Assembly: GCA_013265495.1 (NCBI GenBank)
Contig: MU058781.1
Span: 9,157,009-9,221,008, forward strand
Source: Vicugna vicugna
Lineage: Eukaryota
Length of the DNA: 64,000 nucleotides
Direction: 5' to 3'
Shown one piece after another: positions 1 to 13,510 of this stretch. Under the pieces are notes generated by a model. The model saw only the letters and a program-made list of their open reading frames with translations. It made no database searches and was not told the DNA's origin. The number at the start of each line of letters is the position of its first letter. Position 1 is the stretch's first letter. A program made the translations under genes and the position numbers.

Positions 1-1899
1 TTAGTGTGGAAACGAGGCTTTGTTCAGTCTAACCAGTGAGCTGGATTTTAAAGCATTTGCTTATTTCCACCCCTTTGAAAGTGCTTAGCAGTTGAATTAT
101 TTAAACTAGAAAGAGATGAGGGAGTTAGAAAGGAGGGCTGCCTGCCCCAGGCACAGCCAGGGGAGGGTGCTAAATGTGGTTATCAAGAGATCAAAGACCA
201 AGGAGAGACGCCTTTGATCTGATGCTTGCCAAAGCTGCAATTAGATCTTTGAGGCTCTGCACTTGGCCCCCGCCCCTCCCCACCCTTTCTGCGTATTTAT
301 TCTCTTTTCCTGGACACCTGGACGTGCTAGACCAAGGCATGCCCTGGAGAAAGCCGTGTGGCAGTGGGACGTCTGAGTGTGCCCTAGGACACAGGAGACA
401 TAATCTCTCCTAGAGGAAAACCCCTTTTCTAAATACAGTTGCTTTCATTCATCATTTTTGAGGGAATAAAAGGTAAATGTGAAATCCCCCCCGTTACACC
501 TGCAGATGCATGTCCCAGTGTGTGAGCCGATAGGAATCAAACTGTGGTTTCAGTGCTCTTCCTTTGATGCAAACAGGAGCGGTACCGACTGGCTGCAACT
601 ATGAGTTGCCCGGATTTTCCAGATGTTTGAGGTGGGGGTGGGGGAGGCAGGAGTGGGAGACCCCGGGGAGGTCTGCTGCACACCCAAGCCAAATGCTAAC
701 TCTTTTGATTTCTCACTTTTGTTTTCGTGATGACATAGGACTATAGAACCGTCTTTAAGAGGTCTGCTCTGTCTTCCCTTTACTCTGAAAAGCTGCTTAT
801 CACAGTCCCTAAGATCTTATTTATGGCAGTCCTCTGAGCAGCCTCGGTCTCGTTCTGAGAATTTTTTACGCAACTTGTTCGAGTTGGAAAAGTACAAGAA
901 TAATGGGTACATTTCTGCAGATGAGTCAAACGCTTCATCCCTATCAGGCTGTGCGAGATACAGAATGTCTGTGGTTTTCACTCTTGTTTCCTTAATGGAC
1001 ATGATTTCATATGTGTTTCCTAATCCTGAGCTATTGAAATATTGATTCTCATCCTGACCTGGCCTCCTGGGAGCGGAGCCAGTCTATCTGCATCTCTGCT
1101 CTCCACATTTAGACTGTCTTCCTGCTGACCTAGACTGTGAACACCAGGATGAGATTAGATTTGTTTTGGGCAGGGGGTGGGAGGATTGGGGAATGTAAAT
1201 CCCAGTGAAATCGCTGTCTGGCCTCGTTTCTGTTTGACAGAGTGGGGCAGCTACTCTCGACATTTTTGGCCAGTGTTATCATGTATTTACCCTAATGTCT
1301 TTTTTGCTTTTTCCTCCCTATTTGATTTTAATATATATAGGCTGTCCAATGAAAATAGGAAAATAAATCCCAGCTAAAGATTCATTTGAACTTCTGAATA
1401 GGATTGTCTGAACAATGTAAAATATTTTACAAGGAATTCCAGAAAGATGAATAATGTATACCACATCAAAAATGTCTTGGGCATGGAAAATATTAGACGC
1501 CTCTCCATAACTTGTGTGATCTTTGAGTAGAGATGAAAGATGGTTTAGAAGTAAGTTGTCAGCATCTGGTGCCGGGCACAGTGTCTGATAGGCTATAATT
1601 CCATCCTATTTGAAGATGGAGGGGTGGGGAAGTCTGCCAAGTGACCATTTATCATCATCAGTTCAGCTCCTTTGCACCATGACAATGTTGAGGAAATAGA
1701 GGTTCACGAAAGTGAACCCTGAGGAGACTAATAGGCCTTCCCATAACGCATTTAATGTCTTCTTCATGGCTGACTCCCCTCCTTCAGCCTTCTCTCTCAC
1801 ACCATTTCCCCAGTTCATACCCAGATCATTCACCTGGACCAGGGTGACGACTTCCTACTTCCTCCCTTCACGCAGGCTTGTGGCTTCCAATATTCGTCC

Positions 1900-2425
1900 T
1901 CCATACAATTACTGGACTGAGGTTTTAAAGATACTTACTTGTTTACAGTCCGCTAGGGACTTCCTACTACCCAGAGTCCCACGGCCCTTTTCTGACATAG
2001 ACAGTCATCCATGACCCAACCCACCTCCATTTGACTTTCTTCCTAACCTATCTTGAACTTGACTTTCCAGAAATATTCAAATGCCGTGTTCCATGTTTGC
2101 CTTTGCATACATAGTTCATTTTCCTGGGAGGTCCAGTCGTCTCGCTCTCCCTTTTGAAGACTCCCCTCAAGCACATCTCCTCCAGGAATCCTTCCACGTT
2201 TCCCATCTCTCCCTCCATTAACTCCCTTCCTGGTACTTCCTGAGCAGTACCTGTGTTTGCTTCCATCACTGCCCCACCATACTGACTGATTCCTTTTGAC
2301 CCATCCATCTCCTTGACTGCATTGTGAACTCCATGAGTGTCAGAGCAGGCTCTGTTTATCTTTGTATCCATGGTGGCTTACTCATTGGAGCAGAGAAGGT
2401 GCTTCTGAGGGTTGTGGAACTAAAT
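1900..2425 (+). mobile_element. L2 LINE 3' fragment
   Basis: Degenerate L2 3' end (TGTGAACTCCATGAG...TCTGTTTATCTTTGTATCC...) preceded by pyrimidine-rich L2 body; boundaries approximate. Confidence 0.6.
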
Positions 2426-2489
2426 TTAAGAGAGGATGCTGAGAGTAGAAACAGGAATAATAAAGACAAAAAGGAATGGCATCAATACA

Positions 2490-2650
2490 TTTTGATCTTG
2501 GTAGCAACCCTTTGAGGAAGGTTTATTATCTCCATTTGACTGATGAGGAAACTGAGGGTCATAGAGATTGTTTGGCCAAAGGTCACAGAACCATAACCTG
2601 ACCATAACAGTCCCAATTTGATATGGTAAAATTCGAGAACAGTCTCCTGG
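2490..2650 (-). mobile_element. MIR SINE
   Basis: MIR core-like TTATTATCTCCATTTGACTGATGAGGAAACTGAGGG...GCCAAAGGTCACAG. Confidence 0.75.
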
Positions 2651-3721
2651 ATTTAAATATTCATTTGTTAATTCCTTCTGCAAGTAATAATCAAGTATCA
2701 AGTATTTTCAAGTGCCAGGCACTGTGCTAACACATGGGGGTGTGCTTTAGGGGGAGCAGACGTGCCCCGCTGAGGCTTTTCTGGAAACTTTTCCGTCTAG
2801 AAAAATCCTGGTATAAATGTGAAATGAACTAACCGTTGACTTGCCAGTGGATGAGCTATTTTACCAACCAATATTTACCAATCATGTAAATCATGCACAT
2901 TAGTAGACCCAGATCACTAAAGCCAGAAGCATTTATGAATCGCCAAGGAGCTTTAGATCTTTTGGGGTTTGTTAGTTGGAACAGAAAGGACTAGAAGCAG
3001 ACAAGGAAAGTACTGAAAAGACTAGTTGGCTCAGAGAACCTCTAGGACAGCTGGAGGACCAAGCTCAGGAACTGGGCAGGACCAGAGTGAGGCCACGTTT
3101 CAGATTTTTGGCTGACATCCATCTGCAGAATGGGCCGATGGGGTCCCTGCCACCGCACCAGTCACTGTGGTCCACATGGCTGCTGGTGCTGACCCCTGAG
3201 GCCACTGGTACCATGATTGGCATGACTAGAAAAGAATTATCCCGTGTCCCCACCCCTTATTATCATCAGCTTCTCTTCCTTATGGGCACATATAATTGGT
3301 GAGCTCTGTGCACACTTGCGTCTGTGCCTTGACTGGAAGGGATGCTGGGAAGGTGGGTACCACACCTCTGCAGCTACTGTAGAGGGTCAGGGGCTCTGCC
3401 TCCTCAAAGTCTTATGCACAGGGGACTCCTCCAAACATCGGAGGGGTGTCTAGACAACCCAGCACAGCTTCCACTGTAGTCACTAATAAGGATTTTTTTT
3501 TAAACTTAGAATTGAGGTATGTCACCAGTGGCTACATAGTATAATGTGAAAATGAATAAATATTTATTTTGTTTAACACTACTAGTTGAATTCCTGAATG
3601 GCCTTGGGTAATTGGCTTCAGAGTTTTGTAGAAATAGTGGTCAGAGTTTTACTACATGCTTTTCTTTCTCAAAATAATAAAAAAATGGAACAATAATATT
3701 TTGTGATAATATTTTCCTCCC

Positions 3722-3764
3722 ACCCTCCCTCCCTCCCTCCCTCCCTTCCTTCCTTCCTTCCTTC
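3722..3764. repeat. (CCCT)n/(CCTT)n simple repeat
   Basis: Direct reading of tandem CCCT and CCTT units. Confidence 0.9.
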
Positions 3765-4700
3765 TGAAAAACACTTATCAAGTGTCTATTATATGCCAGG
3801 CACCATGCTTGCAAACAAGAAAATCAACAATAAAGAAGACACACTCTTTATCATCAGGTTTGTCCCTAACATCATGGAGGAGAGAGAGACAGACATGGAA
3901 AAAACAGTTGTCCCGCAATGTTAGAGGTACTAGGATAGAAATTTAGAAAAGTTTCAGCCAAGACACCAAAGGTCGTGTGTTCATCTTTACCCTGTGGGAC
4001 TGAGAGGTTAGGCAAAGCTTCATAGACAAGGTGGTACTTGAATTGAGTATTCAAAGATGTAAGTGATCACCCGGAAAAAAAGCAGAGCGACATTCCCAGG
4101 TGGCAGGGGAACTCGGGATGAAAGAAGAGGGCGTGAACAATTGCTGACTAATCAGAGCAACTCGGAGAGCTTGGGACTAGTGTTTGTGAGGATGGCTGGT
4201 GGGCTGTGTGAGGCAAGAGCTGAATGAAATAAAATGAAAGGCTCTCGTTGCCTGCAAAGGGGTTTGGAGCTTATCTTGAGGGACTGCAGAGCCAATGAAG
4301 GAATGACTTGATCAGATTTATATGTTTGAAAGATCATTCTGGTGGTGGTGAGGAATAAGATCTGGAATGGGATGAAAAACCAGGGGACCAATTAAGAAAT
4401 GATCACAGTCCACATGGAAGATGGTAAGATCCTATAGTCCTGTCATTGCAGTAGGGATGGAAAGGAGGCTATGAAATAATATTTTAGGAGCTGGAATCTG
4501 TAGGACTGTGTATGACTGAGAAGGCTGGTGGGGTCCTTCCTCAGAGAACTCCAGAAGAGGAACAGGATTTTGTTGGGTGGAGACTGAGATGACTCTGTGC
4601 ATTTTAACCATGTTGATCATCTAGATGGAGATGTTGTGTTGGTGGTTGCATATAAAGGATGAGAGCTCAAAACAGAGATCTGGGTCAAAAATAAAGAGTT
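3765..4700 (-). mobile_element. L2 LINE fragment
   Basis: Antisense L2 tail (CACTTATCAAGTGTCTATTATATGCCAGGCAC) followed by purine-rich antisense L2 body (GATCAGATTTATATGTTTGAAAGATCATTCTGG). Confidence 0.7.
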
Positions 4701-7700
4701 TCATCTCTGTAGTTACCTTAGTAAGAAATCTCTAGGCTCTCCTGGTTATTAGAGGAAACCTGATGACATATGTCCCAAAGTCTGAAACTGGAAAATTCAG
4801 GCTTAGTCTCAAAATTCCAAAGTAGGAGCTAAAGTTTGCACCCTCCTAAATCTCAGACTACTGAAAGCAAATAATAACAAATTTAGGGGGAATTGCAAGT
4901 TTTGACAATGAAAGACACTGTGTTGGCAGTCACCCCTCTGTGTCTCTTATAGAAACGCTACCCATTACTTGCTTTGTCATGGGAGTAAATGAATCTGGAC
5001 TTGAGTAATTCTTCTCTGCAAAATGAGGACTGATTGAGCTCTGTAGCCCTTTTGGTTCTAAGACAGCCTGAATGACCAGGGTCCCACCTTGGATACACAT
5101 GAAGCCTCATCCTTTTGATTTTTAAGTTAAATCTAGCGTCGGCCTCCAGAGACTGGCAGGCTCTCCAGTCTCTAAGTGATCCAGATCACGCAGGTCTGGT
5201 AATCAACAGCTCCTGGAGAGGGAACTGTTATATATGACTGGTCCACGAGGTAGCCCCCTTGTGGCTGCTTTCTGCTCCACCCCTGCCTTCCAGGAGACCC
5301 GGGCTGTCACAGCTCAGTGCTCCTGTCCTCCCTTGTGACGATGCTACTGCTGGTCCGGATCTTTTGCTGAGTGGCCCTTTAGGACAGGATGAGGATCACA
5401 CCCTCAAGGTCCATAGCTCTTGGTCTGCATTTTCTTACTTGGCTGTTTCACCCCAACCCCAGCACACCCACACTGTCCACCCGACCCTAGGACCACCTCT
5501 CCATCGTCCTGCTGTTGTGGAGCTGGGCTTGCATTTCTAGACCCTCCTTTTTCCGTCATGCTGAGACCCCCACACCCTTGGGGTCTTTGTTTGCCAGCAG
5601 ACCTCAGTCCGTCTACTCTGACCCATCAGAGACTAGTTTGTGGATGCTCACTTGTTCTACATTAAAGTTATTCTTCCCGGAACAAAGGAAACCTCCAGGG
5701 GGACTTGCCCTGTCTAGGAAGTGGCTTGCAGATTTTAAATAACTCCCTACTTCATTTAAAAATAAAAATCTGTAATTCTGATTAACCAGGCACCCATTTA
5801 ACACTGCACGTTTCTATGAAGGATGAACAACAGTAAGAGAAGCGGGGACCACAAAAGGAGGGACCAGGAGGGTCAGCATCTGTAGTCAGCATCCCATTAA
5901 GCAGATACAGCCGCTGATCAGAAGTCCTTTTGTCAGGACCCAAGGTTTCCACTGAGGCTGTGGGAGATTCTTGTGGTGTGCAGCGGGGTGCTGTCCATCA
6001 TAACGACAGAAGGGACAGATAATTTATGCCATCCACGCAGTGATCAGCCCTCCGCGCGTGGCGGCCACGTGCCTGAGCTGCCCCTCCCGCTTCTCCCAAC
6101 TTGGACGTGAACGTGAGGGCCAGCCACAGACTGCCTGCGGGTGCGGGCGGGGCTGGGGGTGAGACTGTCCACCCCGCAGCATCACAGGAGAGCCAGCCAG
6201 TGGGGGGCCTGTAAGCCTGCTGAGTGATTTTCAAAGAGAAAGGGCAGCTTTGCAAGGCAGCATGGGGAAAGCAAGCTGGATGGATGCAGAAGGAGGCAAA
6301 ACAAGCTAGAAAAACATCACCGTTTCTTGCCCAATCAACCACTGAATATGTGTCTTCAAACATGAGGCCATCCTCACCTGGCAATAACGCAGTTGAAGTA
6401 GATCATTTAAGTAATTTCACATGAGGGGTGAGCCCAGCATGGCCCTTCAACTGATAACCATCCCATAACAAGAACACTGACACAGCAGCTTGAAGTGCAG
6501 GAAAATTTGATTTTCTTCATAATCAGCTGAAAATGTTGTGAATACAAGCCAAAGAATAGGCTTGTATTAGATGTTTTTTGGTGCCTTAAACAACTAATTT
6601 TTTTTTCTAAGTAGTAACTGCACCATCCTAGATAACTTTTGGGAATGAAGTGAAGAACTTGGGTTTCACTGGGAAATCTACATTCATCGTAGCGATGGCA
6701 CCCCATATCCTCAACTTGGTTATTCTCCGAAGACGGATTCTTCCAGAATCGGGACCCCGTATTTGCCTTGCGCTCACCCCATGTGTCAGGGAAAGCAGTA
6801 AAGGCAAAGCCCAGCAGATGGCCTTCAGCCACGACAGGCTGATGCACAGAGCATGAAATGCATGAGGTCTGTGACTCCTGGACCCCACTCCCCATCTAAC
6901 GAAAACCTCAGAAGGTGACTTGCTGATCCTCGGTTTCATAATTAGAAGTTTTTGCAGGAACAGACCAAGTCAACAGAAAAAGTACACTTTTATTAACTAG
7001 CGGTTGCTCTAATTAAAGTTATTAGTTAAGGAAGGGCTGTTACTCGGGGCAAAACAATCAGAAGGAAGTTTTAGCAATTAAGTCAAATTTACTGTGGTTG
7101 TGAGGGTTTGGGCTCCCCCGCCCCTTTCTTTCTGGAAAACAAAACAACCTCAGGCAGTGTTCTGTGCTTCCCAAAGAGTGTCCTGACTCCGTAGTGGCGG
7201 GAGAGCAAACGGAGAGCAGCGAATGTGCTGTTGATTCTATCAGCAGGTTAATTAAGAAAGCTGTTGGCAAGGATTAAAAAAAAAAAAAAAAGCGGGCACA
7301 TTTTCAGTTCACATTGACAAAATTCATGACCTAGGCAGAACTGGTGTTTGTTCAATACTCACAAGACATGCCAGAGGCATTTAGAGGAAAAGGCCGACAA
7401 AGAAAGCTGCAAGTCCAGTACGGGATGTCCCCTGTTAATAATGTTAGCAGAATTGATCGTTTGAAATTCCACGTGCTTTTTTCCTCTCATATAAATTATG
7501 TAAGCAGAAGTGTTCAGGGCCTCAGACGCACTCTGAAAAGCCCAGTTCATTCGTAATGGAGACATCGTAAAGGAGCGCTGGTTTGGGAGTGGGGAGACTG
7601 GGTTCTAGTCTGGGATCTCAGCTAATGCGTTTTGTGGTTTGGGACCGTGGATTCGACTCTGTGTTTCCACTTCTAGCCTATGTGTACCTTCAACACAGCC

Positions 7701-8901
7701 CAGCATCAGGAGCTCGGAAACCTTTCTCAGGCAGCATCGTCCTTTGGGGAAATCTGGTCTAAGCTCTTGTACGGGATGGTAGGAACGTATTGCTCACTGG
7801 GCGGTGGCACTAGTGAGACCATCCTTCTTCAGGAGCGAATCACTCCTGCTTTCTCTGCTGCTGGGGGCCTGGGCAAAGACTGATGAGGAGTTTGAGAGGA
7901 GACAGTACTGGGGGGTGTCTTGTGTTTGCAAATCCTAAAGTCAGACCTAGATCAGGAGAAAGCTCCCAGTTCCCTAGCTAAGCTTTTATTTCATTGACCG
8001 TGGGGTTGGCCGTCCTGCTCCCTTCCATGGTCGTTAATCACTCCCAGTCCCTCAAAGTGCATCCCCTTGGAAACACCACGAGCCATTTCCTCATGTCACC
8101 GCCAAGCATGTAAGTACTTACGGGACTGCTTAGGGGACGTGGAAAGGAGTGAAAGGGCCCCTCCTAGACACTTTTGGCTTTGGCATTGGCTTTTGCTGCC
8201 TGCTGCCCTTCTCCCTGAGGTTGACCACCACCACTGGTGAATCCCCAGGAGGGACTGAGCCAGTGCAGGAGCCCCTGTAGAAGAAAAGAGAAGGTGAGAG
8301 AACAGGGACCTCTCCCAGGTGGCTCTTAGCTGCCAGGAAGATGTAAATCAGAAAGTCAGATGCACTCAAAATGTTATTTTGACACAGTCACCCCCCACCT
8401 CAGAGATGAGTTAACTTCATTTCTTGAGGCCTTCTCTGTCTATCATATTGGAGCATCTTTAGTAACTTAAGCTCTACATTTAATCCTGTGATATTCTGGA
8501 TCCTTTAAAAGTGTGGTGGTAAAAGATAAAAATATTGACTCTCAAAGATGAGTTCAGAGATTTGACTGAGAAATTAAAACACACTTAGGTAATCTCACTC
8601 GCTCTGGTTTATAGGAGCGAGAATATTGTGTATCTGGATGAAGTGGCTAAATGGCATCTTGAGAAACCCAAACGAAAATGAGAAGGAGAGGACCTTGTAA
8701 GTTACAGGACATCCCTAGGAAAGTCTTCATAGCAAGAGTGGAAGGGATGATAGGAATTGGAATGAATGGACTTGGAAGAACTGAGCTCAGAAAGTACAGA
8801 AGGAGATGGAAGCACTACTCGGGGAACTAAACACACCACAAAGTAGATCAAAGCAGACTGGCAAAACTAGAATCTGTGCCAGAGGCATAGACAGGGACTC
8901 T

Positions 8902-9070
8902 TTTTTAAAAAAATATTTTATTTATTATTGTATTATTTATTTTATTTTGGTGGGAGGAGGGGAGAAGTAATTACGCTTATTTATTTTTAGAGGGGGTACT
9001 AGGGATTGAACCCAGGACCTCGTGCATGCTAAGCACGCACTCTACCACTTGAGCTATGCGTTCCCCCCCA
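8902..9070 (-). mobile_element. tRNA-Ala-derived SINE (camelid Vic-1-like)
   Basis: Minus strand reads GGGGGGAACGCATAGCTCAAGTGGTAGAGTGCGTGCTTAGCATGCACGAGGTCCTGGGTTCAATCCCTAGTACCCCCT (A/B boxes, AGC anticodon remnant), then an A-rich tail; perfect TSD AGACAGGGACTCT at 8889-8901 and 9071-9083. Confidence 0.9.
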
Positions 9071-9569
9071 AGACAGGGACTCTATTGTTTTTAAATGGTG
9101 ACAGTGGGAGTAGCATGGGACTTTCTTGGTTATTTGCCTCCATTCCATCCTGTTTACACCTCTGATTTATTTGCTTCATTATGGTGACAAGCTTAACTTG
9201 TACGGTTGTGTTAACCAAGTTCCAGGCAGAAGGATGGAGGACGGAGTATGGCTAGAAATGGAAAATAAGGAAAGTTGGTGACAATTTGACATCGTATTTT
9301 TGACAAGTAGTCCTACTGCTTTCAGGTACACGTGCAGTTTCTCTGTTTTCACAAACTCTTGTTAAGTCTCTAAATATCTTACTCTGATTATATCATTTCC
9401 CTAGTCAGAATCCTGTAAGTCTCTTCATGTCTGCGGAATAAAGTGCAGCCATCTCATCCTGGTCCTTGTGAAGGTGCTTTGTTATCCAGATCCACACATG
9501 TTAACCTAAAACGTACAGCAGACCTATGCCCGTGTGGGGAAGGCATGTGACAGTTGTTGGTCCCACAGT

Positions 9570-10087
9570 GGATGTTACTGGTTTCCATCCCACACACATC
9601 TCTTTTCTTCCTTCCTTTATCCTAAGATAACTCTGATTTTTCTCAGATCTCCATTTATCCAACACTTGGAAATGTGTCTCAGGGTGAAGAAGAGGCTCCG
9701 ATTGATCTAAGAATAATCCAAATCCCCTTGCCAGTGATTGTTTTAGGAATGTCTAATAACACAGTTCTAGCCAATGAGATGTGAGGAGAGATGTGTTAGC
9801 GGCCTCTGGAAGTTCCCTTGCTCCTGAGAGAGTCTTAGAGAGAAGCTGAGTCGGCCTTTGGATGCTGCATGTTTGGCTGGATTTCCTGGAAGTAAGCCAA
9901 CTCCAAGGTTGGAAGAACAGAGAGGCAGAAAGAACCTAGATCCTTAAAGGCATCCCCAGGCTGCTGAAGCAACTGCTAACTCTCCAGTCTGCCCTGCCTC
10001 TGGAGCTCCCATGATATGATATGACATTTTTTCATTTAAAATCTGAGTCAGTTTTTCAGCTACCTGCAGCCAAAAGCATTGTACACA
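9570..10087 (+). mobile_element. MaLR solo LTR (MLT1K/L-like)
   Basis: CCCCTTGCCAGTGATTG...CAGTTCTAGCCAATGAGATGTGAGGAGA...GCAGCCAAAAGCAT, characteristic of old MLT1 LTRs. Confidence 0.7.
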
Positions 10088-10099
10088 GTCTTGTTCCAT

Positions 10100-10520
10100 T
10101 TTTATTTTGTTTCAACCTAATTCCAATCCAGATCTTTATCACTTCAGCATCCCCAGCCAAATGTGCCCCTGCTTCTCTATAAATGCCCCCCAAACTCCTG
10201 CCCTCTCCAGCTACTGTAGTCCTAGCCATTAAAAACCTTACTAAAATACCATTACCACTTAAGAACTCTTTCCTGATAACCCACTCTTTCCAGCTGCCAG
10301 AAAGTTTTCCCTTCTTTGAATTCCAAAAACCCTTTACTTACCTCTCTTCAGGCATCTTTCATATTCAGGCATCATTATTATTTGTGTGAACATTATGTCT
10401 TGTTCTAATTGGAAAGTCCTGGAGAATAGGCGCTCATTTATAGTTTTGTATTTACCTCCCACCTAGAACAGAGCCTGTGTTTAATATAAGGCTCTCAAAA
10501 TTTGTTGAAGGAATCAAATA
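10100..10520 (+). mobile_element. L2 LINE 3' fragment
   Basis: Ends with CCTAGAACAGAGCCTG...GGCTCTCAAAATTTGTTGAAGGAAT, an L2 tail. Confidence 0.6.
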
Positions 10521-11059
10521 TTACTAGACTGATTTACCACCCACCTTCTGCGAACTCAGTGAACACTAATTGGTGTAGTAATAAAGTAAGAACACTAATT
10601 ATGCAGTTGATTTTTCAAAATGTCACCTCCGTGAAAGAAATGTAGAGAAATGAAATTTTTAAAGAATCTGGTTCCTCTAGTAGGTCTGATTGAGTGAAAT
10701 GTAATGATGGCAATTGAATGGCATTGTAAACAACAGTATCAATTCACTTCGAAATGTCTTTGCATTTAAAATGCGAGAGAAAATCGCCTGGAGAACTTGG
10801 CTCTGGTTTTTCAGTTGAGTGAAACAGTCAGATGCCCAAATTTCAAAAGCAAAATGGGAACAGAAGACAGTGCAGAAATTATGCTCCCAACTCATCTGAT
10901 AAAATAATGGCTGGTGGGATTTACAATACTGTGATAAATACTCTCAGAAATCATGGGTCCTTAAGCTTGCCGGTCTCTTTTATGGGGTATTTTAAAACAA
11001 TGACATTACTTGCTGATCTCTGACCCAAGTGTCACTGTAAGGATACCACTAAGGTTGGA

Positions 11060-12570
11060 GAGACATTTTGACTTTTATGATATTTTATTTATTTCAGTTA
11101 ATTTGAAATATTTTATACATGCAGAAAAATCACAGAAGCTAATATTCCAGATACCCTATAATCCAGTCTTCTGGTTTAACATGATAATATTTTGTTATAT
11201 TTACAATATTTATTTTATATTTTATACCTCATCCTTCTGTGTGATACTCAGAATAAATTTCTGCTCAGATTTTGAATTCACTAATGCATTGCGATTTTGA
11301 GTTTTATTTTTAATTAAGAAAAAATTTACATGGCGTGAAATGTACAGTAAATAAATGCGTGTCCAATGACTTTTGACAGACCTACACACCTGTGTAGACA
11401 ACATCCAGTAAAGATGTACATTTTCATCACTAAAAAGTTTGCTCTTGCTATGTTGCATGCAGTCAGTCCACCTCAAGAAGCAAATCCTGTTCTATCACAA
11501 TAGATTATTTTTGCCTGTTTTTAAATGTCATTTAAATGAAGTCATAGAGTATATACTGTTTTGTGTCTAACTTCTTTAGCACAACATAATCTTAGAGTTT
11601 GGGTTGTATATTGAGATCTGTGGTCCACTTTGAGTTAATTTTTGTATTAATCGGAGTTTTTTTTTGCATATGGATATTCAGTTGCAACACAACATTTGTT
11701 GAACATGTACTGACTTTTTAAGTACTCCTCTTTGCAATTTTCCTAAAAATGTAGCTCTAGGGATTTTATTATGCATTCCTGATTTATCACAGTTCACTTA
11801 AATTAATATTGTACCACTTCATGTAAAATATGAGAATCTTACAGTAGTATAATGCCATCCACCATCACTCCATTCTTTATCAATTGTCATATATTTTGCT
11901 TTCATATATGTTATAAAATTCACAACACAATGTTGTTATAGTTAACTTAAATGGTCAATTTTGTTTGAAATAAATTTTAAAAATAAGAAAGGCAGATTTT
12001 AAAAATTCACCCACATATTTACTAAGACTGGTGGTAGTGATTTCTCTGTATAACTGAGTTTCCATCTGTTATCATTTCTCTTCAGTCTGAAGAACTTCCT
12101 TGAACATTTTTGAAGTGAGCATCTGCTGGGTATGAATTGTCTCAGCTTTCATTTATCCAGAAACTTATTTAAACCTCATTTATTGAAGAATATTTTCACT
12201 GGCTGTAGAATTCTAGACTGATAGTTTTCTCTCTGTGTTTTATACATAACGTCTGATTGTTTTCTGACCTTCGTTGTTTTCTGTGCATAGTAGTCACTCA
12301 TAATTCTTATTTTTGTCCACTGATACACAGTGTCTCCTTCCTCTGACTGCTTTACAAGTTATCTTTGATTTTTAATACCTGTTTAAAAGTTTTCTCCTAC
12401 TTTTATTTTACTTAGAGATTTCACTATGAATGCTTACTGAACTGTGTCTTTTTAAAGTCATATATTGGAGTAATTTTCTATTTTCCCTGTAATTTATTAA
12501 TGGAATAAATTATGTTGATAAAATTCTAATGCCCATTCTTCAATTTCTGTAATAAATCCTTATTTTATAC
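11060..12570 (-). mobile_element. Mosaic of ancient L1M fragments (3' UTR, ORF2 and ORF1/inter-ORF pieces)
   Basis: T-rich antisense L1 motifs, e.g. TTTTGCATATGGATATTCAGTTG and TTGAAGAATATTTTCACTGGCTGTAGAATTCTAG. Confidence 0.7.
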
Positions 12571-12829
12571 ACTGTTAGATATGCTTTTCAAATTTTCAGG
12601 TCCTTAACATAAATTAACAAAACAGAATAATAAGCTTTAAAATATAGAGTGCTTTAAACAAAAGAAATAACACTTACTACGTTTCAGTTACTTTGTCTTA
12701 CTTAAACATACAAAGGCAAGTTGATCATTAGTTGTTAGAAGAAGTTTATGCTGCATTTCTCTACGTGTGCTTCTGAGACAACTGTATACAGCTTCATTGA
12801 TGTATAGTTGGTGACAGTTGCACATTAAA

Positions 12830-13050
12830 GACTGAGCTGATACTCTGAAGTGAAAAGTGTTCAGAATCCTAACTCTACCACTTATGAGCCATGTGACCTT
12901 GTGTAAGTCACTTACCTCTCAGAGCTTCACTTAACATCTCTGTAAAGTGCGGGTGGAAATCACACCTACCCTGCAAGGTGAATGTGAACATCAGATGTGG
13001 TGATGGGTGGGGGTATGTTTTGTACATGATAAGTTATTGTTAGTGGCTAT
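12830..13050 (+). mobile_element. MIR SINE
   Basis: AATCCTAACTCTACCACTTATGAGCCATGTGACCTTG...AAGTCACTTACCTCTCAGAGCTTCA. Confidence 0.75.
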
Positions 13051-13109
13051 TTTTTTCTCCAGAACTGCTCTACTCTATTTCTTTTCCCCTCTTTTTCTCC
13101 TTTTTTCAA

Positions 13110-13510
13110 AAACTCATACTTTAGTATTGTTTAAAGCAGTTTAAGGTTCACAGCAAAACCAAGGGGAAGATACAGAGATGTCCCATATACTTCCTGTCCC
13201 CACAAGTGCATAGTGTCCCTATTATCAACATCCCCCACCAGAGGGGTACGTTTGTTACAACCGATGAACCTACGTTGACACATCGTAATCACCCAGAGTC
13301 CACGGTTTACATTAGGGCTCACTCTGTTGTGCATTCTGTGGGTTTGAACAAACGTATAATGAATGATATGTATCCACTATCGTGTATCCACTATTACAGT
13401 ATTGTACAGAGTGTTCTCTCTGCTCTGAAAATCCTCTGCTCTGTCTGTTCACCGTTCCCACCCCAAACCCCTGATAACCACTGTTCTTTTTGTTGTCTCC
13501 ATAGTTTCAC
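13110..13510 (-). mobile_element. L1MC-type 3' end
   Basis: TTTGTTACAACCGATGAACCTACGTTGACACATCGTAATCACCCAGAGTCCACGGTTTACATTAGGG matches the recalled L1MC1-3 3' UTR. Confidence 0.8.

Noticed and set aside
6407..6895. Longest ORF (162 aa, minus strand)
   Set aside because: No recognisable domain, random-like composition and no convincing exon boundaries.
7363..7431. Minus-strand 69-nt exon candidate
   Set aside because: Acceptor lacks a pyrimidine tract and the exonic side of the donor (CTT) is poor.
8991..9069. tRNA-Ala(AGC) gene on the minus strand
   Set aside because: Followed by a SINE body and A-rich tail and flanked by TSDs, so it is a SINE head rather than a tRNA gene.
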